Under the pieces are notes generated by a model that saw only the letters and a program-made list of their open reading frames with translations, did no database searches and was not told where the DNA came from. DNA of 64,000 nucleotides from Flaccisagitta enflata (taxonomy: Eukaryota): contig OZ231126.1 of assembly GCA_965153355.1 (NCBI GenBank), forward strand, positions 19,096,001 to 19,160,000, written 5' to 3'. Positions 14,171-27,149 of the stretch are shown one piece after another; the first letter of the stretch is position 1, and each line of letters opens with the position of its first letter. Made by a program: the position numbers and the translations under genes.

Positions 14171-15611
14171 GTTAGTTTTCAATCATTACTTAGTTATGAC
14201 TTAGAATTACAAATACACGACCATGGACGTGGAGTCTACTACATCCATGGTGTAGGGTAAGGCAGGGTCACAGCGCCCCTTGGCAAACTCATGTTGAAGA
14301 ACTCAATGAACAGAATCACACTGTTTATAAAACAAAGTTATATCAAAAGAGAAATGGAGGTGTTGTGATGTGTTACTTTTTTAAAATTTTGATAATCTTT
14401 CTTTCTCCAAGGCTTGACAACTCTAACTCCAACCACAAAACATGTAACATGGAAGCAATGTGTACCCATCTGAGAGTTTATCCGTTTGAAAATGGGAAGT
14501 TTTTGAAAGAAAAGACTTTTACATTGCCAAAGGGAGAATCACTGGATGTTGACCTTTTACGTATCAACGAGGTTCACAAATTTTCTCAGTATCTTGTTCT
14601 CAATCATAGCTTTTTCATTTTGCATGTTCTCTACGTTTTATAGATGATTAATTGATTGCAAGCGAAATGAATTGTAAGAAGATAGTTTGGAAATTCACCC
14701 CTGAATTGTAAGAAGATAGTTTGGAAATTCACCCCTTTGGGGCCGCGGCCCTGCTCTCACTCCAATCCTTTAACTGATCACTCCAAGCAGGGCATTGGGT
14801 ACCGCTGACCATGTGCAATCCTTGGATGACTGGTTACTTTTACTACTTGACTAAAAAAAAAGCCGCACCCTATTTTGAGTTGATAAATGAGAAAAAGAAA
14901 TGAGTTGAACATTTTTCGGTTGAAGTGAATTTAAAGGTTTTTAAATTTTCTTTTATTCTAGACCAATCCCAGATCTGAATCTCAAACAGTTTAGGAGCTA
15001 GAGCTTGTCATAGTCATCTTCTAATTTGTAAAAATGCTTGTTTTTCAATGTGATTGCAAACTGATAATGGCAATGTTTCTACTCATTCTAATGCCATTTT
15101 TAAATGAATAAAGCTAGAATTACGAGATTAGCGCCAAATGAAAGATCTTTTCAAGAGCTTTCTAATGATCTATGATTCTAATTAATTATTCTTAATCCAT
15201 TATGACAATTTGCATTTTAAAAAGGCAGCTTTTTTATTGAGATAGAACCATTATAAATCGGAAATCAGAATCAGATGTCGAAATCAAAATTGATTAATTG
15301 AAATTGCCACATTGCATCTTTTTCTATCAAGGTTGGAATTGAAAACCAAAGGATACTGTATGAACACTATCTCCAAACTGGAAAAATTGCTGACCACTTA
15401 CTCAAAAAAATCTGAATTGGCATCGTTGAAATGGAACCAGATAGCAGCAATTAATCATTCCCACTTTTCGCTTTTCTGAGGTTTTTTTAAGTCCTTCCAC
15501 AAGTGATTACCACTGATCTTGGTTTGGTTTGATGGTTAATTATTCTTTTAGGGTCCATCAATAAGATATTGAGTTGTAATTTTCTGCATAAAATATATCC
15601 CTTTTTAAAGA

Positions 15612-15653
15612 AAAACAACAATAGCAACAACAACAACAACAACAACGACAATG

Positions 15654-15723
<70 letters not shown>

Positions 15724-15724
15724 A
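15612..15724. repeat. (CAA)n microsatellite
   Basis: Seen directly. Confidence 0.95.
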
Positions 15725-18700
15725 AGTCAAGCTGCTCAATTCGATGAAAAATTATGGTTGAGGCGGTTGAAAGAAAATCAAGGACCCATAACAAGTTGCC
15801 TACCAGTTTCACAATTTTCCTTTGGTTTCATTTGGTATCTTGTGCCATTTGGTCTTCAATATTTGTCTGTCTATCAATGTTTGGTTGTAGGTTTGTTTGA
15901 TGAGTCAGTAACATATCAATAGGTAATCAAAAGGATAATAGTGTGAGTAACGGCTTGCCTAGTGGTAATAAATCAACACCATGTCAAAAAATCTTTCTTC
16001 TTCTCTCCACACATGCCAAAGTGGGGAAAAAATTTGCTTGTCTACTACATTAAAACGGATTTTCAAACAGGAAACAGAAAATGGGAGAGAGAATCTTCAA
16101 TCTCTTGCAACAACTAAACAGAAATAAACTTGAGATTCACTGCCATAACGAAACAGAATTCATCAGTAAATAAGGCTAAATAAACAACTGTGGGCAACGG
16201 TGATGTATAGGTCCCTTCAGGTACTTTGTAGGAGCGACAATGCAAAATCTTATGCATCATTATAGGGAAGAATTTCTTTCCATTTGTTCCAGAATATTTC
16301 AAGGCTTCAGCAAACCATGTCCTCTCAGGTATTTTACCAAAATGATCTCATAGCCCATTCTCATCCGCTCATTCATCGCCAATGATGAATCTTAAGGATA
16401 GGTGATCCCAAATGTGAAAGATTAACAAATGATTTTCTTCCTAAGCAGGAATTTGTTTAGTCTATTGAAATGATAAATTTTACTCAATTCATTTCATTTT
16501 CAGATGGAGTGCGTCAAAAGTCCTTTTGGTTTAATGAATCTTTTCTTCATTTGCTTTCCAATTTACAGCTCTTCTCGTGTTGGCGGTTCATTCCCTTGCT
16601 CGACTCAGTCATAATCACAGATTTCCAGTTCTTACGACGATTCCTGTAAAGAGTCCTCTCGCGGAAGACATCCAGTCACCGTCTTTGTGAAAGACGTGTC
16701 ATCTCGATTTGTTTCATTTGATATCTTTTTGAATGTATTGAATTCATTTGAGATTTTGATATGAAAAACACTCTTAACAAAATCTCCAATATAACCATTC
16801 AGTCTTGTAGCACATCTTGTAAATTGAGGATTAAAAGTGGGACAAGTCACTAAATTCAGCGACTTCAGGATGTAACAGAGTCGTTAAAATCAGCAACTTT
16901 GGAACCATTAGAATGGTATTGCGCAAAAGGGGATTGAAATCGTTAAAATCAGTGAAATTACTGAAATCATCAAAATTGCTGAAATTAACGACTTTAACGC
17001 TCAAAACTTTTTTTCGCCATTTCGTCCCGTTTTGAGAGGATAAGTATCCAATTTTTTTTTGCTGTTATCAACATCACCTAAAGGGGCAACTTTGCTGAGA
17101 AAATGGTGAAATTTGAAGATGACGTATTTTGAGAAAAAAATGAAAAAGTGTTTTAGCTCCATTTTTTTCCGAGCCACTTCCCCCCTCATTTTGTCATTTT
17201 TTGAAAAGGCAATCAATAAAAAAATTTTGCCAATGGTTTTTCTAACATCTGCAGCATTTTTGCTAACAAGAACGAGGAAGCGTGAGGATTTTTTAGTGTG
17301 AGAAAGCAGAAAAAAATGTAAACACATCCTGATACTACCTGCTTAAAAAGTGAGCTTTGAAATCAGTGAAGTCGTTAACTTCAGAACACCCTGTTCTGAA
17401 GTTAGTGACTTTATCTTTACCCAGCTGTATGGAGGCTATTTCGTTAGAAAGTATGTCCATTTATGTCAAATCAAATATTTTCTACATTGGTGCTCCTGTC
17501 CTGTCTCCACACAGCCCCCGCCTACCCAATTACTACCCCTACCCATCTGCATTACTGCCACTGACCACCCATAGGTGATAACTCTTCGGTCGGGTATCAG
17601 GTCTTGTCTTTTTAGGTGCGACCAAGCACCTCTATAACTGGCTCGGTCCTTTGGTTGGTTGGTTGGCCAGTCAGTTGGTCGGTCGGTCGGTCTGCCGGTA
17701 TGGCATTCATCCGACAATCCACACATCGCACCTTATTGGCCTACTTGGCCTTGTTAATCTCATTTGATCATTTTTCCATCTCCTTCCCTATTGTGACAAT
17801 TTGCAAATTTTGTCAAGCTCAAAATTAACAAGAACCATCTGAGCGCGGAATAACAAATTGGCATGGAAAATGAAAAAATAAAAAAACCAAAAACATCAGA
17901 CATTTCTAAAATACTTTATTTAAGGTCTGATGTTTTCAGAAATGCAAAATCTTCATCCGCGGTGGAGATTTGTTATTCCGCGGTTTGGAAATGTTTTTTT
18001 CGAAAATGGCCAATGAGCCTGTTACAAAATCGATACTTATTATTGGCCAAATGTTATGAAATTTGTTATTCAAGTAGGTTAATGTTCTCTCCTACCACAG
18101 TAGAAATTTCATCCCTTAACTCCGACAGTAAGTGCCATTAACAAAAAAAAAGAAACTGAACCGTCATTTTTTTCATGTTCTCTTTGTAACCTGACATTTT
18201 TTACAACATATTTGTAAAGGACTAGGAAAAATAAGAATTTGCTTGGCAGAAATTTTTCATAGTCGTACCAAATGGGTTTAAGCTGACCTGTAAAAAAAGA
18301 AAGACCATTCGACTCCAACTGTGTCGTAGATATTGTCAAGAAGTTGGTGCATGACAATGATTGTCAGGTGATTTTGTTTTTTTGCATAGGAATTTTGTTC
18401 TTTTTTTAACATATCCACTGTATAGAACCCTACACTAATGACATTAAGGTGTCTCGGTCAGACCATAATTTGCACAAAAGGTTAGAAATTACCCAAAAAA
18501 CCATTGGAACATCATAATTGATATCTATTATGGTGGAAAAAAGGCTTAAACAGCCTCTGAGAGCCAAAATGTGCAGAATCTAGCCTGTTTTTGAGCAACT
18601 ATCAAAATCGCGAAAAAGCTATAATTTTAAGGCTTTTACAGAGTCAAAATTCTTTACAATTGAGTCTTGTGAATTTATATGGACCAGATAACATTAATTC

Positions 18701-19669
18701 TTATAGTGTAAAATAGTTAGGATTCAATTCCCCAGAATTTTTCATGTTCATTCAATGTAAAATCACTGTTTTTTGCAACTTTTTGACCATTTTCTTTCAA
18801 TTTTTAATCGTTTCTGCCCTGTCTAGTTTCTTCAGCATCAATAAGGATCTTATTTCAATATTACAATAAATCTTTTTAGATGCATCCTTGGGAAGTGCAT
18901 CTCTATAAATGTGTCTGTCCATCCATTAGTCTGTTTGCCCATCCATCCATTGGTCCATTTATTGGTCTATCCATCAAATGTCCGTTACACCTGAAAATGG
19001 CAATCCTTGGCGCTTTTCAGCCATTTCCATGTGTGACACCAAACTGAACACTTTCAAGCACCTTTTGAGAGCCTCCTTTGTTTTTATTTAGTCAGTCTGT
19101 TAGTCCATCTGTCCCTCCATCTGTTACATGCTTAGCGCCAAATAGAATACATGCAGACACCAACACATTGTTGCCAGATCCAGCTTATTCCAGGTAACTC
19201 AAGGAAGTCAACAGTTCCTGGAGGTGTTACGCTCAATTCATTGGTTGTCATTCATTTGTCATTTTTTGGTGTTGCCAATCCATGATAGTTTCTCTGAAGA
19301 TTTACTCATCCTGCAACCCTATTGATCGTAGTAGCCATGGAGTCAATGATCCACAGAGTGGATAACATGTACTGCTACCATCAATAGAGCTCAAGCGTGA
19401 GCTCAAGCACCTGTAAAAAGAATAATCATCAGTGTAAATAACAATAAAACCAATGAAGTTGCAAAGGTACACAAGTAATTAAAATCAGATAAGGAAATCA
19501 AACATGTACTAGGTCAACCAGCCTTTGAACTGCTAAAAGTCAACCAACAATCTGTGTACAGTCAAACTCCACTATAATGGATCTGAGTGAAAAAGAAAAT
19601 TTTTAAAATCCATCATTGTAGATTTAAACTGTATGAAAGAGTGTCAACCAGCCATTTAATACTGAATGA

Positions 19670-19935
19670 AGTCAACCAGCCAAAACTGCTGGCCAGCCAC
19701 AACTGCTGACCAGTCAAAACTGCTGGCCAGCCACAACTTCTGGCCAGACCCCACTGCTGGCCAGCCACAAATGCTGGCCAGACTCAACTGCTGGCCAGCC
19801 ACAAATGCTGGCCAGACCCAACTGCTGGCCAGAACCAACTGCTGGCCAGATCCAACTGCTGGCCCTACTTCATTCAGTTGCTGGCCCTACACCCTTTCAG
19901 ATTTTGGCCCTACTTTTTAGCAGCAGCTGGCCCTA
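19670..19935. repeat. ~20-bp minisatellite (ACTGCTGGCCAGCC core)
   Basis: About a dozen degenerate units just downstream of the large transposase stop codon. Confidence 0.85.
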
Positions 19936-20030
19936 CCTGAGTCAATACTATGATTTTTCCTCTATTTGTATGTTCCTCTCCTTGAAAAAAAATTGCTGTA
20001 TTACTTGATATATCAAAACAACAAAAAAAC

Positions 20031-23000
20031 CTATGATGAATCAAGGGACTCAACTAATTGCTTTATAAGGTCTAGGTTAACAAGAAATAATTTCAATGTC
20101 TTTCTGCTTCCTTTTGTCTCAAAAACAGGCCTCATTGGTAAGACTGACTCCTTAAGAATAGAGGAAGGCTTTGCAGATACATCATCAACCCAATGGGACA
20201 AAGACTGTTGTCCTCTGACATTCACAGACTTCATAAAAAGTACATCTGCACATTCCAGATAGCATTTTTGCACATTACCAATGCAGAAACTATTCCCAAC
20301 TAAAACTGCTATATGCTCTTGTTCTTTCAGGGGCCAACAACCATTTGAAAGCCACACTGAGGGATCTAATGAGACCTCAGGTGAAAGGTCCAGTCTTTCA
20401 ACCTCATTTACTCCACCTGCCTCATCATAAAGTGCTTCTATGTCGCTTAAGGATGCATGACATTTTGGTTTTGTATCATCTGTCAAGAGCTGTTTCAGAT
20501 GAATGATGCGGACTTTGTTATCAATTCCCTGTTGTTTGAAAAGCTCATTGTTGGTAGCCACTTTAAGAAGGCAAGTGAATTTTCTGTATCGAATTTCAAA
20601 ATTCAATGCAGAAGCAAGTTCCTTGTCATTTCTTTTATCTTTTATCAGCTGATCTAATTCAGCTAAAGTGTGAATGGGTCCACCATGACTTTCTTTGCAT
20701 TGACGGACAACCCTCTGAACCTTGGATTCCTTGGAAAGAACCACCGCTTCATCTTCACGTAAGCCAGCAGCCATAAGTGACTTTTGTCTTTTATCAAACT
20801 GCAACTGGAGTTCATCAACCTCCTTAGTAATAGTTTTTAAGGGCCTCAAGTTAAAGTTTCCCTTTTCCAAGTATTTTTGAATTAGGTCCTCTGTGTGTTT
20901 TATGACAAGGTCATCACATATTTTGTCTTTGGATTGACATCCTCCAGACACTTTTGTTTTTTGGTCGACTTCACCAAAAAATTGTTCAACTGCAATGGAG
21001 GTTGTCTCAACATTATCCACGTTTTCTTCTGATACTTGATTGAGAATACTTAGCTGTGGCTGTGAACCATCCCCAAATCCAAATATATCTCCCTTTTGAC
21101 GCTTAAACCCAATGGCTATTTCTTGTGCTACATCCTTGCAAAAAAGTTCCAAATATTTGGTATCAATTTCATGGAGATAGTTTTCCAAAAAATCTATTTG
21201 TGTTTTTGGGTATGGTGGGTCAATTTCATCATTGGGGTCAATCCAAGCATCCTTTAAACAAGGGATGGCAGGTTCTCTCAACTGAGTGAAGCTAAGAGGA
21301 GTTTCAAGCATTTCCTTGTAAAGTTGTGGAAAAATTTTCATTAACTCAGACATTTTTGCCCGCTTAATCATAAGCAAATTGACATAGGGCTCTCCTATGT
21401 GGATGCCAATCAATGCTGCTCCAATCCAATAAAACAAAATAACATCATGCATAGGGAAAGCACTTCTTAAAAAACATGTTAACTTATTACGAATATCCGA
21501 GTGGATCTGCAGAAAATGTTCAATATGGCTGAAATGATAAGCTCCAGTAAGTGCTTTTGCCTCCAGCTCCCCAAACCTTATTTCACGCAAGGGGCCTGTT
21601 TCATTTTTCAATCCCTTCCTTTCAAGCCACTCAGTGAATTCATGATACTTGTTCCATGACCGCTCTGCCCACTGCTTTGAAGCAAGACTCATCAATGCAT
21701 CCAGCACTTGCTTGACAAGTGAATCACTGGAAGCATCCAAATTGCAATACTCCAAGCTTGGGAAGAGTTTGTCATGGCCAATTTTTGACTGATGCCTCAT
21801 CCAAATTTCAACAACACTTCTGGACATCATAAGTCTAGGGTGAAGGTTGCAGTATGCTTGTCCTGGTTGCCAAGCACACCCAAGTTGTTGAGCCACATCT
21901 ATGGCCAGATTCATATTTACCTTACACATGTCTGAGACTAGGACCATGATGCTTTGCCAAATGCTAGAGACTTCTTGTCCTGAAGCAATTGCCAGGCGTT
22001 TGATCATGTGAACAATAGTTTCAACCCATGATGAATGATTTTCTGAGCCCAGTGTTTGAAGTCTTAATGCCCTATATTTCTCACCAACTTTGACAATTGC
22101 TCCTGCCATTTTCCCCCACCCTCCTTGACGTGCGGTGCCATCTGGGATTAAATTTGCATTTTGCAAACTAATCATTTCTAAAGCCTGTTCCTGTTCTCCC
22201 AGAGTACTGATTAAGTGATGTGCAGCCCTCAATGCAGTTGGTGTACATAGCATTCTTGATAAAACCTCTTTCCTCCCTTGATCTGATATTCCGCGTTCTT
22301 CTACCTCAATCAAGTCATCATTCTTTTCATTTTCTGAAAGGCAGTTGCTATCTACTGGTAGTTGTTCTTGGTCAGTCTCCAAATCTGCATGAGTAGTTAC
22401 TATGTCTGCTACTTCCTGACGCGTTTGCACAGTCTGTTCAGTAGTACTTTCTTGGCTAACTGATGGAGTCATTTTGGCTAGCTTTCTACGCAGTTTCATT
22501 TTTTTCCTGTATTCTTTCTCAAGTGAAGGTGGGAGGATGTAATTTTGTCGAAAAAGAATGTTAGCAGCAATCTTAGTGCAAAGGATTGCCTGTTTAGTGC
22601 TGACACCTGCTACTCCCATCATAAGAGAACCAGTTGCAAGGAGACGAGGATTTAATCTCCGTGAGGTAGATTTGTTTTTCTTAGAATAAAGCCTTGTGCT
22701 AACAGTGGGGAAGAGACTATCATCAGTTTGACTAGCTATGCTCCGTTTGCTAGTTCCATTTATTGCAGCTTCTAAATCAAAACTTTTAGTTGAGCGAGTC
22801 CTCACTGCTGAAATATATTGAACTTCTCCTATGTCAGATGATGAGTCCTCAAGAACCTCCTCTGTCTCATCTGCCCTACAGTCAGAATCAGTTGAAATAG
22901 CAGAATAGTCCATAGTTGCACTAGCTATGTAATTTCTGTGTCTACGTTCTCGTTCGCTTTTTTGGCTTAAATGAAGCTCAAATTCCTCTGTAACCTTTGA

Positions 23001-23663
23001 TGTGTCCAAGCGTAATTTTCTGGGTCCTCTTTGGTCTGCAAGGAATTCCTCATCGAAAGCATCACCATGTGTGATTACTTTGACCCTTTCCTGCTTGCTA
23101 AAAATATCAAAAAGTTCACAACCTACTTGAGACAACCATTTTTGTTCAGCACTAGAATCAGTTCTCAAATTGAGTTTACGTGGCATATCTGATTTTTTCT
23201 GAACCTGAACATTCACCACTTCATCAATAATTTCTGAAAGTAATGCAGAAACATCCTCATTTATGTCACTATCTTCAAATGGTGGGAGTGTTACACATCT
23301 TTTGAACTTTGATGTAGATGCCCTCTTAGATGGTTGCCTACTTGTATTGGGGAGCCTACGCTTCTTTGTGAACTCTGAAGGTGATCGGGATGGCATTGGG
23401 GGATTGATGCAATTTTTTTCATTACGCAACTTGTCTAAAAAATAACTGCGGTCTTTCAGAAGACTTTTGCAGTGTTTTATGATGGCTGGTTTAGACATGG
23501 GGCATACATCAGCATTTTTCCAAATCTTTCCAATTTTTTCAGCTGCATCAGCCATCGCACCATTTTGTGAATATCCCCCATGTTTTGTTCGAGTTGTAAT
23601 AAATGTAAAAACTTGTCCCTTAGTAGGTAGCATATCTTTTTTAAAGAAAAAAAGCTTATCCAT
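20031..23663 (-). CDS. Intact single-exon DDE transposase, ~1210 aa (hAT/Kolobok-type CxxH class; hATm-like N-terminus)
   Basis: Uninterrupted ORF; first ATG at 23663 (MDKLFFFK). N-terminal LPTKGQV...IWKNADV, LFDI and FLADQRGPRK motifs. Candidate catalytic D (IPDGT), D (VSDMCKVN), CxxH (YCNLHP) and E (VEQFFG). Confidence 0.85.
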   Translation of the reverse strand: MDKLFFFKKDMLPTKGQVFTFITTRTKHGGYSQNGAMADAAEKIGKIWKNADVCPMSKPAIIKHCKSLLKDRSYFLDKLRNEKNCINPPMPSRSPSEFTKKRRLPNTSRQPSKRASTSKFKRCVTLPPFEDSDINEDVSALLSEIIDEVVNVQVQKKSDMPRKLNLRTDSSAEQKWLSQVGCELFDIFSKQERVKVITHGDAFDEEFLADQRGPRKLRLDTSKVTEEFELHLSQKSERERRHRNYIASATMDYSAISTDSDCRADETEEVLEDSSSDIGEVQYISAVRTRSTKSFDLEAAINGTSKRSIASQTDDSLFPTVSTRLYSKKNKSTSRRLNPRLLATGSLMMGVAGVSTKQAILCTKIAANILFRQNYILPPSLEKEYRKKMKLRRKLAKMTPSVSQESTTEQTVQTRQEVADIVTTHADLETDQEQLPVDSNCLSENEKNDDLIEVEERGISDQGRKEVLSRMLCTPTALRAAHHLISTLGEQEQALEMISLQNANLIPDGTARQGGWGKMAGAIVKVGEKYRALRLQTLGSENHSSWVETIVHMIKRLAIASGQEVSSIWQSIMVLVSDMCKVNMNLAIDVAQQLGCAWQPGQAYCNLHPRLMMSRSVVEIWMRHQSKIGHDKLFPSLEYCNLDASSDSLVKQVLDALMSLASKQWAERSWNKYHEFTEWLERKGLKNETGPLREIRFGELEAKALTGAYHFSHIEHFLQIHSDIRNKLTCFLRSAFPMHDVILFYWIGAALIGIHIGEPYVNLLMIKRAKMSELMKIFPQLYKEMLETPLSFTQLREPAIPCLKDAWIDPNDEIDPPYPKTQIDFLENYLHEIDTKYLELFCKDVAQEIAIGFKRQKGDIFGFGDGSQPQLSILNQVSEENVDNVETTSIAVEQFFGEVDQKTKVSGGCQSKDKICDDLVIKHTEDLIQKYLEKGNFNLRPLKTITKEVDELQLQFDKRQKSLMAAGLREDEAVVLSKESKVQRVVRQCKESHGGPIHTLAELDQLIKDKRNDKELASALNFEIRYRKFTCLLKVATNNELFKQQGIDNKVRIIHLKQLLTDDTKPKCHASLSDIEALYDEAGGVNEVERLDLSPEVSLDPSVWLSNGCWPLKEQEHIAVLVGNSFCIGNVQKCYLECADVLFMKSVNVRGQQSLSHWVDDVSAKPSSILKESVLPMRPVFETKGSRKTLKLFLVNLDLIKQLVESLDSS

Positions 23664-24666
23664 TTTTACATTAATAAAAGAAAAGAAAATATAGTATTTT
23701 ACAACTGGATAATATCTAAGAAATACTATATATTTCACTTAAGTATTCTCTTAAGAAAAAAAACTTTTAAAAACTTTAATGCCCTACTTTAATGTTGTCT
23801 CAAGATACCCTACTCAAAGATAAGCTCATGTACCTCTAGTTAAGGAAAAAAATGTGAAAAAAAATGGTTGATATCGATAGTAACAAGAAAACAATCAACG
23901 CTTCTTTCAAAGGACAGATAAAGTTATGGATACACAGACGCACATAAGCGAAAGGAAACATAAGTCAAGCTCAATCAGCTTCGTACAAGCAGCTTGACTC
24001 TTTTTTACACAAGATCGCAAGAGATAACACTTTTAAAAAGTGAATTATTGGTTTAAGAGATGTTTTTTTTTGAAAGGAAATAACGAGATCGCTCCGAAGG
24101 TAACAAAATTGTAAACCGCAGCGAGCAGCAACCGGCAACTGTGATTCACGCTAAGCCGCGCCGCAGCAGCAGCAGCAGCCGCGGCAGGAACCGAGTTTTA
24201 CCTGACAGCAGCGCGCTCGTCAGAAATCGAAAGTTGAGAAATATTGTGACAGACATGTCAACGTAAACAGCCTAGATTCTGCACATTTAATTATAAAACC
24301 CCTCAATATGAGTATCATTAGAAAGAGAAAGCCTCGCTCTTACTATGTCAGTAGTTTTTTCGCTGATTTAACCCTCTCAGTCCCCTCTACTAATGATTGG
24401 TTTTCAATTGAATATCATCGGGGCGTGTGATACACACGTCAAAACAGTTTTGAGTCAAAATTGGGCGATTGGATGTATTAAGATATGCTGGAAACATACT
24501 GAAATTTAAGTGTTTTAAATCGGTTCAACCTGTCGAAAACGATTTTTTTTGCCTTTTATCATCATTCTCATAAATGAAAAGAGAAAAAATTTGAGGTGCT
24601 GATTATTCCGGGAGCCATTTAAAAAAAAGGCAAAAAAAGGTTGTTTTTACAACATTTTACTGTACA

Positions 24667-24842
24667 CAGTTGAACCCCGCTCTAACGGACCCGCCACAAA
24701 CGGAATTCCGCCTATAACAGATGCAAATTCATAATCCCTTCAGTTAATTTCTTTTATTTCCTATGTTGGCAATAACAAAAGTCCTTCTATAACAGAAAAA
24801 AATTATTGGTCCCATGAAATCCGTTAGAGCGGGGTTCAAGTG
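24667..24842. mobile_element. MITE, pogo/Tigger-like
   Basis: TIR CAGTTGAACCCCGCTCTAACGGA / TCCGTTAGAGCGGGGTTCAAGTG. TA on the right, CA on the left. Confidence 0.85.
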
Positions 24843-26115
24843 TAATTATAAATCCACGATTTAAAGGGGCCCGAAGAGCCCCTTGACTATTCTTGAAATA
24901 AAGGAAAAAAAGAAATAAAAAAAGAAAAAACAACCCAATATAAAACCAGGCCCCTGAAAAAGTGGTGTGTAAAACAGGACCCTTATCTGATAAATTTTGC
25001 ATTCTGCTGTTACTTTTTATAATCCCTTTTACAGTTCAACATTGAATTCTTCTGAAAATTGAATCTAAAGATAAGTAATCTATATAAAAACTGCATATGC
25101 TACTATTGGAACCTTAATCGTGCCAAAACAAAAGAAAGAAGGTTGAAGCCTGAATTTGTTATATAATTATGTAACACTTCTTTAAGCCGCTAATAAAATC
25201 TAATATTTATTATTTAATATTTTTCTTTCTAGCAAAACTTTTTTCTATTGATGTATTTTTAAGAGTATACAATTGAGTCACTTTTGATTTTTCCCCCCTG
25301 CCTTTTTCTCCCGCGACGCGATGCATAGCGTTTTAAAATCTACGATTTTCTTTCCCTTAAAGCTAGAAAACCGTGTAGTTAAGGTTTAGATAGGGTTTTA
25401 AATTGTGATTTACTATTTATGATTTAGTACTTAAGTTACTTTTTCCAATTTCTCTTTTTGGGGGGGGGGGGGTCCCCATCTCCAGACCCTTTGATTTTTT
25501 CCCCTCACAAGGGGAGGGAACTCAATTATATACAGGCCTGTGTATTTTTGAGTTTTTGGTCAAACGGATATTCGACCGTTATGACCCAGCTACTCAGCGT
25601 AAGCCAACCTTTCAATCCAGCCGAACTCGGTGTGACCCTACTCGCCTGTTCAAGAGTCCGTCAACCCAACACCCCTATTTAATATTTTCTAAATCATTTT
25701 ACATACGCTTTTTTTTGAGTAAGGACAAAGTTTATAAGCACATGAGGCTGAAATTTTACCAAAAATTAAGGACATTAAGAATAAAACCCAGCCTCAGATT
25801 TATCAAAAAAATTTTGATTCAAAATTCAGATTGTTTTATGCATCTTTTTAAAGAAATAGCTATATTTTTGCATAATATAATATTTATATAAGAATAATTA
25901 CAAAGCAATACATCTAACTCCTCACTCATATTTACTTATATTGAACATCAGTTATTTCAATGCATAAAATATAATCAAAAGAATATTATAAGAAAATATT
26001 AAGGACATACTAAAAACATTTCAGCCTGAAATTTACAAAAATGTAAAGACATCCCAGCCTCAGAAAAAATTTACTGGTCCTTATGAAAAAAAAGTGTACT
26101 CTCAGAAACTCATTA

Positions 26116-26878
26116 CGATGGGAGCAAAGAGGACGTAGACTGGAGGATAGATTTTAAATATGTTAATTTCATTCGATTTATAGAAAAAATTGCGATCTAT
26201 GCTAATCAAAAGCTGCATTATTGTTTGAACATGCTAACTTTTCTCATTGACATCAGAACTTTATTAGTCGCATGCTACACGACTACACCCAGCATGGTCG
26301 GCCTGTCCGTTGGTCCGTCTGTCGGTCCGTCCATTGGTCTATCCATCACACTTTACTCTTTATGGATTTTTGTGGTCTTAAGCCTTACAGCTCCTGCTCA
26401 AATGATCAAGTGACCTCAAATATGGCCCCTGCCCATCCGCATGCGACTGGGGTAGCCGTGTTTCCGGCCTTGTTTTTCAACATTCTAACCTAGCCCTAGA
26501 TTGAGCTGAAAATTATATTATTTTCAAAAAAAAAATCAGCCTAATCGGATTATTTTTGCAGGTTTTACAGCCATTTTTAAAAAAAAACAAATATATAAAT
26601 TTATATCTGGGCAAAGCTTAAAACTAGCATAGAACCAGTTAAAATAGTCCCATTGAGCTGATTTTCTCTTAATTTCATAGAATTTTCTGCCTGATCTGAT
26701 GAGCTAAGTTAGAACATGGAAAAATGAAGTCCTGATGAAATCAAGTCACAAGTTAAAAAATAAGAGAGGCCAATATATTCAAGCAATAAAACAACCTTAA
26801 ATTAGTATAAAATTAAATTAAATAAAATTAAGATACCTAAAATCTATCCTCCAGTCTAGGTCGTCTTTGCTCCCATCG
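26116..26878. mobile_element. MITE, Tc1/mariner-pogo-like
   Basis: TA|CGATGGGAGCAAAGA...CTGGAGGATAGATTTT and its inverse ending TTTGCTCCCATCG|TA. Confidence 0.85.
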
Positions 26879-27149
26879 TACTGTACCTTTGGAGAAGTTA
26901 CACTCGAAATTAAGAGGTTGTGTCACATGTGTCCATCCAAAATACCCATACCGAGCCCTACCCTGACCTTGTCCCCACCCATATCCTAAAATTTTGCAGA
27001 AAAAAGTTAGTTACAAAGCTAAGCTGAAACTGGCCGATGTTGTGTGGATGATTTAGTATAAAATCCAAAGAAACACCAAGATGAGCAATTAGAGTGATAA
27101 TGCAATTTTTAAAATTGCAGAAAATCAAGATGAAACATCTTTTCATATG

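Larger units (their letters stand above)
12130..17427. mobile_element. 5.3-kb DNA transposon with ~630-bp TIRs and 5-bp TSD
   Basis: Ends CAGCTGGGTAAAGATAAAGTCACT... / ...AGTGACTTTATCTTTACCCAGCTG. TATGG duplicated at 12125-12129 and 17428-17432. TIRs span ~12130-12765 and ~16800-17427. Confidence 0.92.

Noticed and set aside
12130-17427. ProtoRAG/RAG-like transposon (5-bp TSD, convergent relics)
   Set aside because: Ends are CAGCTGG rather than a CAC heptamer, and I see no RAG1 or RAG2 motifs.
23664-23738. 25-aa N-terminal extension of the 1235-aa ORF
   Set aside because: Depends on a GTG start in AT-rich sequence; the first ATG is at 23663.
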